From Eledone cirrhosa (lineage: Eukaryota): 64,000 nt of DNA. Numbering within the stretch: the stretch's first letter is position 1; each line of letters begins with the position of its first letter. Under the pieces are notes generated by a model. The model had not been told where the DNA came from. It did no database searches and was given only the letters and a program-made list of their open reading frames with translations. Location: assembly GCA_964016885.1 (NCBI GenBank), contig OZ024740.1, positions 259,408,001-259,472,000 on the forward strand. Direction: 5' to 3'. The position numbers were made by a program, and so were the translations under genes. Below, in pieces: positions 1 to 14,351 of the stretch.

Positions 1-1900
1 TTTGCCCTTGTCGCAGTTGACAATGATGCTGCTATGCCAATCATTGGGTATGATGCTATTTTGTATTACTTGGTTTACAATACAGGTGGCCATGGCATGA
101 CCCACCATTCCAGATGCTTTCAGCATCTCAGCAACTATCCCCGAAGGTCCAGCTGCTTTGCCTGTCTTCATAACCTTGATTGCCTTACTTACTGTACTCA
201 ATCTAACTTGCACAGCCAGTCCCTTTGTTGGGTTTATATTGGGCAAACTATCTTCATCCCATTTATTCTTCATATTCAGTTGTTTTTCATAGAGGCCCTT
301 CCATGCTACCTTCTTTTCAGCATCAGTGAGTACAAGTACTCCGTTATCATCACCGACACACTTCTCCTCAATGACATCACAATCTTCCCTGACACATTGC
401 TTCACAATCCTGAACACCTCACGCCTTTGGTACTCTCATTGCAGAACATGCTTACATTTCTTATTTTCTGCTTCCCTTCTTACAAAGTACACTTGTTGCC
501 TAGCTTCTTTTCTAGCCTCCTGGTAGTGTTTTCTATTCCCCACCACTCACCATTCTTTCCATGCCTGTCTTTTGGCCTTAATGTTCTCCTCCACCTTACT
601 GTTCAACCACCAAATCACTCTCCTTCTCCCTAGAGACCTGCTCCAATCACAGATTTCATTTGTCACCTTCAGTAGGTTATCTTTCAGGTATTCCCACTGC
701 TCCTCTATATTGTATGTCTCTATTTGCTCTTGCTTACTGTCAAAAGTATCAAGCAACATGCCTTTAAATTTGTTATTGGCTGTGGGATCCTTCAACTTCC
801 ACATTCTTCTCTACCAGGTTGTCTTCTGTCATTGAGTTCATCTAGCCCTAACTATAAGGTCACTAACTATTAGGTTATGTTGGGAGGTGCATTGTTCACC
901 AAGGAGAGACATTGTATTTACAACAGTCACTCTATCTCATCTTCTGATAAGGATTAAATCTATCTGGTTGATGTGCTCCACTGATCTGTAGGTGATCGAG
1001 TGATTGTCTCATTTTTTGAAGTTTGTGCTACAGATAGATAGGTTCCCAAAATTCCAAGAGTCTGAAACTTTCTTCATTTCTAGTACCAAACCCATAACCT
1101 CCGTAGATCCCATCAAAGCCATTGCAGTGTTGCCCGACATTCCCATTAAAGTCACCAGCAATGATTATGAAGTCACTGCTGGTTATTTGGGAAGTAGTGT
1201 GCATTAGGGGCTCACAGAACCTGTCTTGTATAACATCTGGTAGACCAGATTGAGATGCATAAGCAGATATAATTGAGATGGTTGTTCTATTTAGAACTAG
1301 TCTAATTTTAATGATTCTGTCATTCACTCTATTTACAATAACCTTATCTACCCATTTTTCTGCTAACATAATCCCTACTCCACCCAGTCCATTGTCATTT
1401 CCCATCCAGAAAAATTTGTAGCATCATTTTTTTGCCCCCAAGGAATCTAGTTGACCCTCCCCTCTATCTAGTCTCTTGTACACAGCATACATCAAGTTTC
1501 TTTCATTCAAGACTCTCTACAATCTCACCTCACCATCCTTTAATTATGCCTGATGGTACTAGCTTGAAGTTATGGAGTTCACTGGAAGGGTGGGGTGAAG
1601 AAAAGGATGAAAGCTTGGGGAGGGGAGTAGGAGATGAATTTGTGTTGGTTTGGGTTTTCCATGCCTGAAATAAAGAGGAGTGTTTGCATGGCCATCCGGA
1701 GATGGGAGGCGAATTCATATTTGTCTTTAGGAGGGCTCTTGACTCTCCAACTCTGTAGTCCATTTATCATATAAAACAACAACCAGGTCCATAACAATGT
1801 TTTAGGAGGAGTAGAATAAGAAGTAGGTTTTGAGATAGAAATTGGGTTTAGAGCGAAGCATATTTTGCGCTGCTGAATTTTGAATTTTGATTGGTCCAAA
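1..1900 (-). mobile_element. Decayed RTE-clade LINE (5' region, AP endonuclease, linker; runs off window start)
   Basis: Minus-strand ORF fragments GVGIMLAEKWVDKV...IISAYASQ...IAGDFNGNVG and WKLKDP...RRRVIWWLNSKV are collinear with the near-intact RTE at 19964-23030; many stops and frameshifts. Confidence 0.9.
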
Positions 1901-2271
1901 TGGCTATGGTGGTGGTGGGAGGGAAAATGAGGGATGAATGTTGACAGGAGGACTGGAGAGACCCTTTAAAATAAGACCAAGGGGAAAAAAGGAGCTAGAC
2001 TCCAAGTGACTGAAATTGGGGATAAAGAGATCGGATGAATCGAGTAGAAATGGGGCTTTCACTTTAATTACTATGTGTTTATCTAGTCATATTTGGAGTG
2101 AGAGGGGGTGCATATTCTAAACAATGTGTAGACAGAAAAGATATGAAAAAGGAGGACTGAAGAGAGCCTTTAAAAAAAGACTGAGGAAAAAAATAAGGGT
2201 CCAAAATTGGGGATAAAGAGATCAGAGAGATAGAATATTTTTGATTTTTGATTGAAATCAGGAAAATTACT

Positions 2272-2389
<118 letters not shown>

Positions 2390-2588
2390 GTAATATAGAC
2401 AGGATATCAGGAAAAATTAGGTAAGTTTTGCTGAAAATTGAAGAAATATTTATTGATGGAAGAGATTTACTAACATGCGTTTCAGGAAAGTTACATAACA
2501 GTCTGCAAAATCTAGATTGTTATGTAATCCACTATAATGCAATGTTATATTTCCATACGCACATCATCAGTGTTACCACTGAAAACTA

Positions 2589-3262
2589 ATGGTTCCAACT
2601 CGGAGTTTGGGGCATTTGTCAACATTCGTGGGAAAGGGTAGATTTTTGCAGGGGTGTGTATGCTTCCTGTCTCTGAATTGAAGTTTTGCATGGGTGCTTG
2701 GTAACTCGCGGATTCTTATTCATTTTCATTTATTAATTCGGGGTTGCTCCATTTATTCTCAGCTCACCCATACATAACGGTAGGAGAATTCAGGGCCAGA
2801 AGAACAGTGGTGGTGGTAATAATGGCAGGGTTTGTTGGGGCTGGGACGGGTGAGGAGAGAGGTAGTAGTAATGTTAAAGCTGTTAATTCTACGTTAACTT
2901 AACATTCAAAATCTCTATATATATATACATATATAGAGATTTTGAATGTTAAGTTAACGTAGAATTAACAGCTTTAACATTACTACTACCTCTCTCCTCA
3001 CCCGTCCCAGCCCCAACAAACCCTGCCATTATTACCACCACCACTGTTCTTCTGGCCCTGAATTCTCCTACCGTTATGTATGGATGAGCTGAGAATAAAT
3101 GGAGCAACCCCGAATTAATAAATGAAAATGAATAAGAATCCGCGAGTTACCAAGCACCCATGCAAAACTTCAATTCAGAGACAGGAAGCATACACACCCC
3201 TGCAAAAATCTACCCTTTCCCACGAATGTTGACAAATGCCCAAAACTCCGAGTTGGAACCAT
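2589..3262. repeat. ~670-bp palindrome (arms ~330 bp) centred on a (TA)n tract
   Basis: ATGGTTCCAACTCGGAG...CAAAATCTCTATAT is the reverse complement of ATATAGAGATTTTG...CTCCGAGTTGGAACCAT with about 2 mismatches. Confidence 0.95.
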
Positions 3263-6246
3263 CAATGTAAGCACCATGAAAGGAAGAGCAGGAGAAATCG
3301 TAGAGATGCTAGAGCGAAAGGAAATTGATGTATGCTGTGTGCAAGAGACTAGATAGAGAGGAGAGTATGCTAGAGTCCTTGTAGGCAAAAGAGAGTGCTA
3401 CAAATTTTTGTGGGTGGGAAGTGACGATGGGATGGGTGGTGTAGGTATCCTACTAGCTGACAAGTGGGTAGATAAGGTAATCTCAGTGAACAGGGTGAAT
3501 GCAAGAATCATTAAACTCAGACTAGTCCTGAATAAAACAATTACCACAATAATATCAGCTTACGCACCCACACTACTGCTCTAAGAAATGACAATGACTT
3601 CCTAATCATTGCAGGAGATTTTAACAGACATGTAGGTAAACACTGTGACGGCTTCTATAGAGTCCATGGGGTTGGCACAAGAAATGAAGAAGGCTTCAGG
3701 CTTCTAGAATTCTGTGACGCCAATGACATGTCGATATGTAACACAAACATCAAAATACCCGACAATCATCTGATCACCTATAGATCAGGGGAGCATTCTA
3801 GTCAGATAGATTTTATCCTCACCAGAGGACGTGACAGATGGACGGTCGTAAACACAAAAGCCTTCCCTAGTGAGGAATGTACCTCCCAACATAGCTTAGT
3901 TGTCAGCGACCTCACGGTCAGAACTAGACGAACCTGGAAACAGGAGCCAGCCTGGAGAACAAAAATCTGGAAGCTGAAAGACCCCTCAGCCAGTAACAGA
4001 TTTAAAGATATTTTACTCAACGCCTATGACAGTGAAGAAGAACAGATAGAGACATTCAATGTAGATAAGCACTGGGAGTTCCTAAAAAATAACTTACTAA
4101 AGGCGACGGATGATATCTGTGGCTGGAGTAAGACCACAGACAGGAGGAGAGTGACTAAGGTAGATGAGGCAGTTAAGGCCAAGAGCCAGGCATGGAAAGA
4201 ATGGGAGAACGAGGGAAGCAGGGTACATTACATAGAGACCAGAACGGAAGCTAGGCGACAAGTATACTTAGCTAGCAGGGAAGCAGACGATAGAAAATTC
4301 AAGCATGTTTTGCAACGTGAGGACCAGAAACAGGAGGTGTTCAAGATTGCAAGGCAGTGTGTCAGAGAGAATTGTGATGTCATTGGAGAGAAGTGTATCC
4401 GGAATGATAAAGGTGAGCTTGCCCTCACAAGTGCTGAGAAGAAACATGCGTGGATGGAAGAGCCATTATGAAGAGCATAAATGAGGAGAATGCATGGGAA
4501 GAAGAGACCCTACCCCAAGTAGACCCTATAGAGGGGCCAGCAGTACAAGTCAGCAGCAGCATAGTAAGTAAGGCAATTAAAGATATGAAGACGGGGAAGG
4601 CAACCGGTCCATCGGGTATAGCTGCTGAGATGCTGAAGGCATCTGGGTCAGTAGGTGAGGCAGTTACAGGAAAATTACCTAGCTAAAAGTAAGCCGCTCT
4701 ACCTGGCATTCGTCGATCTCGAGAAAGCCTTTGACAGAGTTCCCCGTGCCATAATCTGGTGGGCTCTTAGAAAACTAGGAGTAGATGAATGGCTTGTGAA
4801 AGCTGTACAAGTCATGTATAGGGGAGCAGTCAGCAAAGTTAGGATTAGCAATGACTATAGCGAGGAATTTAGCGTACAGGTCGGTGTCCACCAGGGCTCT
4901 GTTCTTAGCCCTCTCCTGTTCATCATAGTTCTGCAGGCAATAACGGAGGAGTTTAAGACCGGATGCCCATGGGAACTCCTGTATGTGGATGACCTCGCAC
5001 TTATAGCTGAACCTATGGTAGAACTAGAGAAGGAATTCAAAACTTGGAAGAAAGGACTAGAAAGAAAAGGTCTCAAAGTCAACCTGACAAAGACTAAGGT
5101 CCTTGTAAGTAGACGAGAAAACAGAACCCATATCCCCTCAGGGAAATGGCCTTGTTCAGTATGTAGGAAAGGTGTAGGTAGGAACGCCATTCTCTGCCCC
5201 AAATGCAAACAATGGGTACACAAGTGATGTAGTGGTATCTCAGGAAGCTTAACTAAGAATGTAGGCTTCACATGCAGCAGCTGTGCTGGGACAGCAAGCA
5301 GCAAACAACCACAGGAAACAAGCACTACCAAACTCAGAGAGGGTTCTGTAGAAACAGGAGACAGCTTCTGCTACCAAGGTGACTGAATTAGCAGTGGAGG
5401 CGGGTGTTCGGAAAGTACAATAACTAGGGTAAGAACGGGATGGAAGAAGTTCAAGGAGCTACTGCCACTGCTAGCTGCAAAAGGCTTTTCCCTCAAAATG
5501 AAAGGCAGACTGTATGATGCGTGTATATGAACAGCAATGTTACATGGTAGTGAAACTTGGGCATTGTGTGTAGAAGACTTGCATAGATTAGAAAGAAACG
5601 AAGCCTGCATGCTCCGATGGATGTGTAATAGTAATATACGCAATGGCAAAGCATAAATGAATTGAGAGCGAGACTGAGCATAAGAGGAATCAAATGCTGT
5701 GTGCAGGAGAGGCGGTTGCATTGGTATGGACATGTGATGCGTATGAAGGATGACAGCTGCATAAAAAGGTGCAAAGCATTAGAAGTCGACGGAAACCGCG
5801 GAGTGGGGAGACCCAAGAAGACCTGGGATGAGGTGAAAAGCCGACTTTACCCAATTACACCTCTCAAAGTCGATGACACATGACTGTGACCTCTGGCGTC
5901 ACGCAGTAATACAGAAGACCCGACTCCCCACGGGTACAAGCCGAAGCTGAAGCATATAGAAAATATGCCCCAACACCCTCCCACTGCAAAGTCGTCGTGG
6001 AGGTGCCACAGCAAAAAAGCACCCAGCCCACACTGTAAAATGGACGTGTAGGCGCCACAGAAAAAAGCACCCAGCACTCACTGTAAATGAGGTTGGTGTT
6101 AGGAAGAGCATCCAACTAGAAATCAAGCCAGTATCAGTTCCTGTATGAGCAAGACTAGGTCAGCCGACCAGGGACTGCCCACAACAGGACAACCCGTCTA
6201 ACCCATGTTAGCGTGGAAGAACAGATGTAAAATGGTGATGATGATG
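2931..6246 (+). mobile_element. Decayed, internally deleted RTE LINE
   Basis: EN motifs (GTINV, CCVQET, SQIDFIL); RT motifs (AFVDLEKAFDRV, GVHQGSVLSPLLF, LLYVDD); PHD-like CSVC..CPKC..WVHK; 3' UTR ending in (GAT)n; deletion near 4655. Confidence 0.92.
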
Positions 6247-6454
6247 AACATGTTTTTGACTATGAAAAACAGTCTAAGTTGGATATATATACCGATGGGA
6301 ATGGAAAAATTTGAGCAGTGTCACCCATGGACTTGAATTCACACCTGCCATACACCATATGGCAGTGCTACCTTTACACAGTGAGACTGACCACTGATAT
6401 TGGTGATGGTGTTGACAATGATAACGGTAATGATGGCAATGATGAGATACTTAC

Positions 6455-6562
6455 AGGTATGACTGGTACAATGTCCCCAGGGATTTGGCCCTGTCTAGAG
6501 ACTGCATTATTCTGTTGTAACTGGCATTATCTTTGGCCATTAATAACACTCCACTATAGAAC
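6455..6562 (-). CDS. RPUSD3: RluA-family pseudouridine synthase (RPUSD3-like), coding exon 4
   Basis: ag|G TTC TAT AGT GGA...TAC CT|gtaagt, 108 nt; (M)FYSGVLLMAKDNASYNRIMQSLDRAKSLGTLYQSY(L) matches the SGxLLxAK half of RluA motif II; phase fits exon 3. Confidence 0.85.
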
Positions 6563-7896
6563 CTGTCGGAAGATGAGAGAGAGCTGTTTATTATAGTAAT
6601 ATTGGTAGTGATTGTGGTGTTGGGAGTGTAGTATAGCAAGTAACAGTGGGTTTATGGTGGTGTCATTTTATTGGAGCAATTGTTTACTGAGGTGGTGTTT
6701 AAGGTAGATGTTGTGATGTTGAGAGCGTGTGCACTGTTGTAGTATAGGTACTGGTATATTTAGCGGTGATGTGTGTTTGTTGTAGTAGTATTCAAGATAG
6801 TAGTGGTGACAGCAGTGTTATTATTTATTGTGGGAGTGTTTGTGGTAAATATAATGGTATTGTGTGTTCACTTTCATGGTATAGGTACTAGTATATTTAG
6901 TGGTGATGTGTCTTTACTGTTATGCGGTAGTAGTAGTGCTGATGTGAGTGTTTACTATTATGTGGTAGTAGTAGACAGATGGGAGAAGTGACGTAACTTT
7001 ACCGGTGCACACAAACGGTTTATCTGGCTGGATCCCCTTCCTAATTCCAACCACTTTACAGAGTGCTTTTACTATGGCACCAACACTCAAAAAGTTGTCA
7101 TGTACTCAGCATGACTGGAGAATCCTCTCTACCCTATACTGTCTCCCTGTCTCCATTCAATCACTAACCACTTTACTAAAACATTATATAAGGAAAAGTC
7201 TCAGATATGTTCCAAATATATGGGAATATCTATGGGTTCTACAGCACAATCCCCTTCCTTACACCAACCACCTTACAGAGTGTATTCGAAACATTTTATC
7301 ATGGCACCAGCACTACCACTACTGAATGCATTTTATTATGGCACATGCACCATCACTTTACAGAGTGCATAGGGTGTATATTATTGTGGCATCAGGAATA
7401 ACACTTTACAAAGCGTACCGAGTGCATATCATGGCACCAGCATTAGAGAGGTTGTCATATACTCAGCCATAGAGTAAATAATTATTCAGTGAATAATATT
7501 TACATGTTATGTTTAATTAACAAATCTTATACATGGGAAACATCATATTCTGTTTAACTATTTTGTTGGAGTTTATATCCAATTTTTGATGCTCCCGTTC
7601 ATTGGATGGGTTGTTACAGACCAATTCAGTACTTTATTTGAGCTACTGTCCTTCTTACTGAGTTGAAGGGCTGCATGCATTTAAATATCGTCTAATTTGG
7701 CATGGTTTCTACAGCATGATGCCCTTCCTAATGCCAACAACTTTACAGAGTGTACTGAGTGTATTTTATTGTGGCACCATCTTCCTTGTTACTGACATTT
7801 TCCAATAAACTTGTTTGTTTGTACAATTTACTCCGCATACATATTTTTCTCTCTCAACAACATATCTTATTAAAATAAAATAAAAACATTGCTTAC

Positions 7897-8053
7897 ATTT
7901 TGATGGAATGAACAATGGTAAGGGTAGGAGATTTGAAATGTACTCTAAGAAGAGGCATTATATCTGCTACACAAGCATTCGGTTCGGGCCTAGAAGCTGC
8001 AGATATTGGTAAACAGTAACCTTTACTGTCTTCCTGTTCTCGTATTTTCTGAC
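7897..8053 (-). CDS. RPUSD3: RPUSD3-like, coding exon 3
   Basis: ttacag|GT CAG AAA...ATC AAA AT|gtaagc, 157 nt, open; (G)QKIREQEDSKGYCLPISAASRPEPNACVADIMPLLRVHFKSPTLTIVHSIK. Confidence 0.82.
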
Positions 8054-8280
8054 CTGTAATAACATAAACAACATGTCTCTGTAGGTTACTTTAACTCTTT
8101 TAATACTAAACTGCATGAAACTACTCCTGGTTCTATAATACAAAACTGTTTGTTTTAACATGCTTATCACCAACTTCGTCATAATTTAACAACCATTAAA
8201 TGGTGATGACGATGATGATGATGATAATAAACATCTTAAAACAAACTGCTTTGTATCATAGAACCAAGAGCGGTTTCTGG

Positions 8281-9471
8281 TTATCTGAAAATCTTCCATT
8301 ATAATTTTATATAAAAACCTTTGTTAAGTTATGTTCCAAATACCAGCTTAATGCCTTTGATGTTGAACCAATTGAAACCACCCCTAGTTATATGATACAA
8401 AACTGTTATTTTAAAGTGTTTATCATCATCATTATCATCATCATCATTTTACGTCCGCTTTTCCCTGCTTGCAAAGGTGGGACGGGTCTTATTCAGCACA
8501 GCATCTCTCCACTTGTCACGGTCCTTCGTCATCTCCACCGTGAGCTTCAGCGATTTGAGGTCTGTTCTCACCACCTCCGCCCATGTTTTTCGTGGTCTAC
8601 CTCTACCACGTCTTCCTTCAACTGGCATTTCCTGGCACTTCTTCACCCATCGGTCATCCTCCATGCGCATCACATGTCCATACCACCTCAGTCTCCTCTC
8701 TCGCACACTACATTCTATCCCTCTCAGACACAGTTTCTCTCTCAACACATTCATGCTGGGTCGTTCATGCACATTGACATTGCACATCCAACGGAGCATG
8801 CTTGCCTCATTTCTCTCCAGACGTCGCATATCATCTGCAGTTGCTGCCCATGTCTCACTACCATGCAGCATCGCGCTCCTCACACAGGCATCATATAACC
8901 GGCCTTTCGTACGCAGGGAGAAACCCTTCTTCGTCAGCAGAGGAAGCAGCTCCCTAAACTTCTTCCAACCCGTCCTTATTCTAGATACTATGGCCTCGGA
9001 ACACCCCTCTCCCATGCTAATCTGATCTCCTAGGTACCGGAAGCTATCCACCACTTCTATAGCACCCGCCTGCATTTGAAAAATGTGTCTATCAATGCGA
9101 CTTCCACTGTCAAATTTCCTTGTACATCTACTGCATACGTATTTCTCCCTACCTGTTAGTTTGCCTGCTATCCCACTACATCTCTTGTGCACCCAGGATC
9201 TGCATTGTGTGTATTTTATAGAATTTATGCCAGTTCCTTTATATTTATCTAAAATCCTTACATTATAATTTTATATAAAAACTTTTGTTAAGTTATGTTC
9301 CAAATACCAGCTTAATGCCTTCGATGTTGAACCAATTGAAACCACCCCTAGTTATATGATACAAACTGTTTATTTTAAAGTGTTTATATTTATCTAAAAT
9401 CCTTACATCATAATTTTATATAAAAACCTTTGTTAAGTTATGTTCCAAACACCAGCGTAATGCCTTCAATA
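8281..9471. repeat. ~145-bp tandem units (MITE-derived) interrupted by RTE fragments
   Basis: Unit TTATCTAAAATCCTTACATTATAATTTT...CCAGCTTAATGCC...TTTTAAAGTGTTTAT at ~8281, ~9246 and ~9390 (partial); related sequence at 31430-31858 and 33990-34130. Confidence 0.75.
8423..9240 (-). mobile_element. 5'-truncated RTE copy, same subfamily as 19797-23055
   Basis: ORF 8449-9192 is nearly identical to the C-terminus of the 893-aa ORF (..KTRPTFASREKRT); (GAT)n tail. Confidence 0.95.
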
Positions 9472-10404
9472 TTGGGGAGGAATCTGTAGAAACAGTAGAC
9501 AGCTTCTGCTACCTAGGTAACCGAATTAATAGCGGAGGTGGGTGTTCAGAAAGTACAATAACTAGGGTAAGAACGAGATGGAAGAAGTTCAGGGAGCTAC
9601 TGCCACTGCTAGCTGCAAAAGGCTTTTCCCTCAAAATGAAAGGCAGACTGTATGATGCGTGTATACGAACAGCAATGTTACATGGTAGTGAGACCTGGGT
9701 GCTGAAGGTGGAAAGAAACGAAGTTAGAAAGAAACGAAGTTAGAAAGAAACGAAGCCTGCATGCTCCGATGGATGTGTAATAGTAATATACGCGAACGGC
9801 AAAGCATAAATGAATTGAGAGAGAGACTGAGCATAAGAGGAATCAAATGCTGTGTGCAGGAGAGGCGGTTGCATTGGTATGGACATGTGATGCGTATGAA
9901 GAATGACAGCTGTATAAATGTGCAGAGCACTAGAAGTCGACGGAAACCGCGGAGTGGGGAGACCCAAGAAGACCTGGGATGAGGTGATAAAAGCCGACCT
10001 TACCCAATTACACCTCTCAAAGGCGATGACACACGACCGTGACCTCTGGCGTCACACAGTAATACAGAGTACCCGACCTCCCATGGGTACAAGCCGAAGC
10101 TGAAGCATATAGACAATATGCCCCCACACCCTCCCACTGTAAAGTGGTCGTGGAGGTGCCACGGCAAAAACACCCAGCCCACACTGTAAAGTGGATGTAT
10201 AGCCGCCATGGAAAAAAGCACCCAGCACTCACTGTAAATGAGGTTGGTGTTAGGAAGGGCATCCAGCTGTAGAAATCAAGCCAAAATCAGTTCCTGTATG
10301 AGCAAGGCATGGTCAGCCAACCAGAAACTGCCCACAACAGGACAACCCGTCTAACCCATGCTAGCATGGAAGAACGGACGTAAAACGGTGATGATGATGA
10401 TGAT
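9472..10404 (+). mobile_element. 5'-truncated RTE 3' fragment
   Basis: [28 protein letters not shown] motifs; 3' UTR as at 5880-6246; (GAT)n tail. Confidence 0.9.
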
Positions 10405-12274
10405 TGAACCATTTTATGTTAAAATCTTTGTTAAGTTGTGTTCCAGATTACCATTTACATAGGTCAACCTCTCTACCTCAATACTCAGTATGTATGGACT
10501 CATAAATCTTATTGGAGTCATAAGGGTGCCATAGTGACATACAGCATTTCTTGGGCATTTTTTAAAACTTAGCAGAGCCCATTTCCTCTCCAAGTCTGAT
10601 CACAGCCAATTTCTTCTAGCGAAGGATAGAGAGTGAGAGGATGGAAGTGAGAAAGAGATACAGAAGAAGAATCAACCCCAGTACTGGACTGGTACTTTTT
10701 TATCAATTCCAAAAGGATGAAAGGTAATTATGTTATATTCAGTACAATACAACATAAAAGGAACGTGAATTAGCAGAATCCTAAGGCATCAGATAAAAAA
10801 TGCTTTGGTATATATTACAGCTCATTGTGTGCTCTATATAGAGTATATAATACATTTAAGTTTAATCAATATCATCATCACTGTTTAATGTCCATTTTTC
10901 CATGCTCGCATGAGTTAGATGAGTTGTCCCAAACCATTTCTGACTTGGTTTCTACAGCTGGATGCCCTTCCTGATGCCAACTACATTTACAGTGTAGACT
11001 GGGTGCTTTTTGTCATGTCACTATCACAACCACTTTATAGAGTAGACTAGGTGCTTTTTCACATGTCACCAACATGACCACTTTATAGTCTGGACCAGGT
11101 GCTTTTTGTCATGTCACCATCATGATCTTTTTACAGGGTTGACTGGGTGCTTTTTGTGGTGTCACCAATATGACCACCTTACAGGGTAGGCTGGGTGCTC
11201 TTTCACCATGATACATAAAAATACATACCGACTGTGTTTCTCAATAAAATAGCTCAATGAACATTAGTTAAGAGCCTTATCTTCTTATAATTTAAGTGTT
11301 CTATATACATATACAATACTACCAGTTTTTCAATTGATGAAATCGGTATATATTCCTTTATCATCATTATTTCTATGTCTGTTTTTCTAAGCTTGTATGG
11401 GATTGAATGGGTTCTTCTCAGCACTGCATCTCACCACTCATCGTATTCCTTCATCAACTCCTCTGAGAGTCTTTGTGATTTGAGGTCAGCTCTCACAAAC
11501 TCTGCCCAGGTCTTTCTTGGTCTACCTCTACTGTGGCTTCCTTTCACCATCCATGTGCATCACATGTCCATACCAATATCGTTTAAGTATATTATAGAGA
11601 GTATATATAATTTTAAAGGCAGCAAAGTGACAAAGTTGTTAAAATGTTGGATAGAATGCTACACAGTATATAATCTAGATCACTGTGTTCAAATCCCACT
11701 AAAGCTAACTTTGCCTTTTATTCTTTCATCATCAATAAGTAAAGTATCAGTCCATTGCTCTGACCTAGAGAGGAATGCATTCCAATCCAATTCAGAGCCT
11801 TCTCATTCTTGTTAGAGGAAACCCTCCCTGATTGACCTCCACCACTTTCTGTTTGGTTTTGGACAAGTCAGGGATGTAACTGTATTCACCATGCTTAGGT
11901 GAGGCTATTTAACCCACAGCTGGGTTGGATGGCCATTGACTTAGAGGAGTTCATCCACCCTTTTAACAGCTCATGTTTTTTGTGCTTACTGGGGTCTGAT
12001 AGGAAAGTGGGGAGGGGGTTAGTCGCTGACCGTTCAAACATGAAGCAGGTTGTACTGGGTAACATGGTACCAGTAGCAGGCAGGAGCTTGACCTGACCAC
12101 TGCATTCCACTAGGTTTTTAATGCCGGAGACAGCATTAAAATGTTCTTGATGTACATCAGAACAGCGTCTTTATGATTTTATCGGGAGTTACGTGCCCTT
12201 TACGTTTTCTTTTTTTTTTCTCTACCAATTAAGGATATTGGATTGGTGAAATAAAATAAGTTTCAAATACTTAC

Positions 12275-12319
12275 CAAACACTGTCACACCACTTGGCTTG
12301 TTTATGGCAATTATACAGT
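12275..12319 (-). CDS. RPUSD3: RPUSD3-like, coding exon 2
   Basis: ccaccag|AC TGT ATA ATT GCC ATA AAC AAG CCA AGT GGT GTG ACA GTG TTT G|gtaagt, 45 nt; (D)CIIAINKPSGVTVF is RluA motif I (NKPxG). Confidence 0.88.
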
Positions 12320-12554
12320 CTGGTGGGGATATAAAAATATAACAAAGATTAGTTGTGGCATTTGTGATGGTAGTAGCAGTGGTGGGGGTGGTAATGGAAG
12401 CTGGGGGTAGCAGAGACTTTGAAGTTTCAGCTTATTGTTTCATTGACGTTAAGTGACACACCTGGATGTGACACCAGTAGATTGCATAGTTAACTCCCCC
12501 AGCTGACTTGACTGGAACAACAGGAAATGAAGTGATTTGCCCAAGAACACAACA

Positions 12555-14068
12555 TAATAAAAATAAAAATGATAATAATGAAATTATTGTGTACAGTGCT
12601 CAGGTGCACTACAACTCATCAAAGGTGCATGTATAGTATATAGAATAATGTACAAATGTCAGGAAAATGAACAGTGTATGAGTCATGGTATACATGTGTG
12701 CATGTGTATGGAGGGGGATATCAGGTATAGTGTTGGCGAATTTCAGGAAGCATGGAGGTTTTAAAGGATGCAGTGTCTCAGCAGCTAAGAACTGATGCAG
12801 GTAGTTTGTTCTCTGCTCCAGCAACTCTGAGCGTGAAAAAATGTTTCCGAAAGTCATGGGAACTGTGCTGTTTTCTGACTTGACTTTGTAGGGATGCCCA
12901 CGTGTATTAGACACTTGGAAATCAAAAAGGTGCTCAGGGTTGTTGTTGGCAAGATGGTTGATAATTGTGTGGGTGTTTACCAAGTCAGTTGCCAGACGTC
13001 GGAGCTTCAATGTATCCATGTCCAGGTAAGCAAAGCGTTCAGAGTAGGGTAGATGCCTGATGGAGGGTATTCGCTTGGTTGCACGTCTCTGAACAGTTTC
13101 CAGGAGGTCAATGTTCTGAGCAAGATAGGGGTTCCAGACTGGTGATGCAAATTTTAAGTGTGGCCGCACCATAGCTATATACAGCTTTAAATAGATAGCT
13201 GGAGAGTGGCTGACAAAGGTTTTGCTGAGTGATGCTAAGACACCCTTGGCCTTCTTGACAATATTAGAGATGTGCTTTGTCCAACACAAATCACTGCTGA
13301 CAGTAATGCCCAGATTACGTTCACAAGAAGACTTCTTGATATTAGTGTTGTGGAGGGAGTATGTGGATGCTGGGTTTTTCCTCCCAAAATGCATGGTGGT
13401 GCACTTGTCCACAGCCAGCTTGAGTTGCCAGTCCATGATCCATTGTGTCCAGGTCTGATTGCAGGAAAGATCTATAGTGTTCAGGATCTGTCCTCTTTAT
13501 CTCAAGGTACAGCTTGATGTCATCTGCATATTTCAGCACTGTGGCATTCTTTAAGTTCTCATCTATGTCATTAATATATGCAACAAACAAAAGGGGACCA
13601 AGAACAGATCCCTGTGTTACACCAGATGACATCTCATACGGTGAGGAATTCTGTCCTACAATCGTGACTACCTCTCTTCGACAGAGAATGAAGGACTTCA
13701 ACCAGTTAAAAAATCATCCTTCACACCCATTGCAGAGAGTTTTGCCATAAGTTTTTTGTGTGGCACAGAATTAAAAGCCTTAGTGAAGTCAAGGTAAACA
13801 ACATCCACCCATGAACCGCCATCAGTGATCCAGGTGATGTCTTCAAGAAACTTGATAAGTTGATCACAGCAGCTGGAGTTAGGGATAAATTCAAATTGCG
13901 AGGCCCAGACAAGACTGTGAGAAGTCCAGAAGTTCCAAAGTTTTTCTCTGACAGGACTCCATCAGTTTGGTGATGCAGCTAGTAAGACTGACTGGACGAT
14001 AGTTGACAGGCGACGTGTGGTCACTCTTTTTGAACAGAGGAATAACACTGGCAGTTTTCCACTGCTCC
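12555..14068 (-). mobile_element. 5'-truncated CR1/L2-group LINE (RT and C-terminus)
   Basis: NYRPVSLTS, SGVTQGSVLGPLLF, KYADDIKLY, VRPHLKFASPVWNP, LETVQRRATK motifs; frameshifted. Confidence 0.88.
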
Positions 14069-14351
14069 ACATATCACCAGGCACAGGGAATCGAACCCAC
14101 GACATTACGATCATGAGCACAACACCCTTCACCTACTACTATTAATAATACTTTCTAATGTAGGCACAGGGCCAGCAATTTGCGTGGGTGGGGAGTCGAT
14201 TATATAGACCTCAGTATATGGCTGGTACTTTACACACTATAAACCATCATAAGTAATAAAATAATTAATCAAACTTATAACCATACAAAAGACACACGTG
14301 TATCGGAAATGTAATTATTAAAAAAAATACACAAAAATATAGAAATATTAC

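Noticed and set aside
34-633. 199-aa plus-strand ORF and similar ORFs antisense to LINEs
   Set aside because: Shadow frames opposite RTE coding sequence
2470-2575. Hammerhead-like CTGATGA...GAAAC-GCAT-GTT on minus strand
   Set aside because: No stem I pairing; at most a degenerate remnant
8281-9388. 140-bp target-site duplication around the RTE fragment
   Set aside because: A third unit follows, so this is better explained as a pre-existing tandem array
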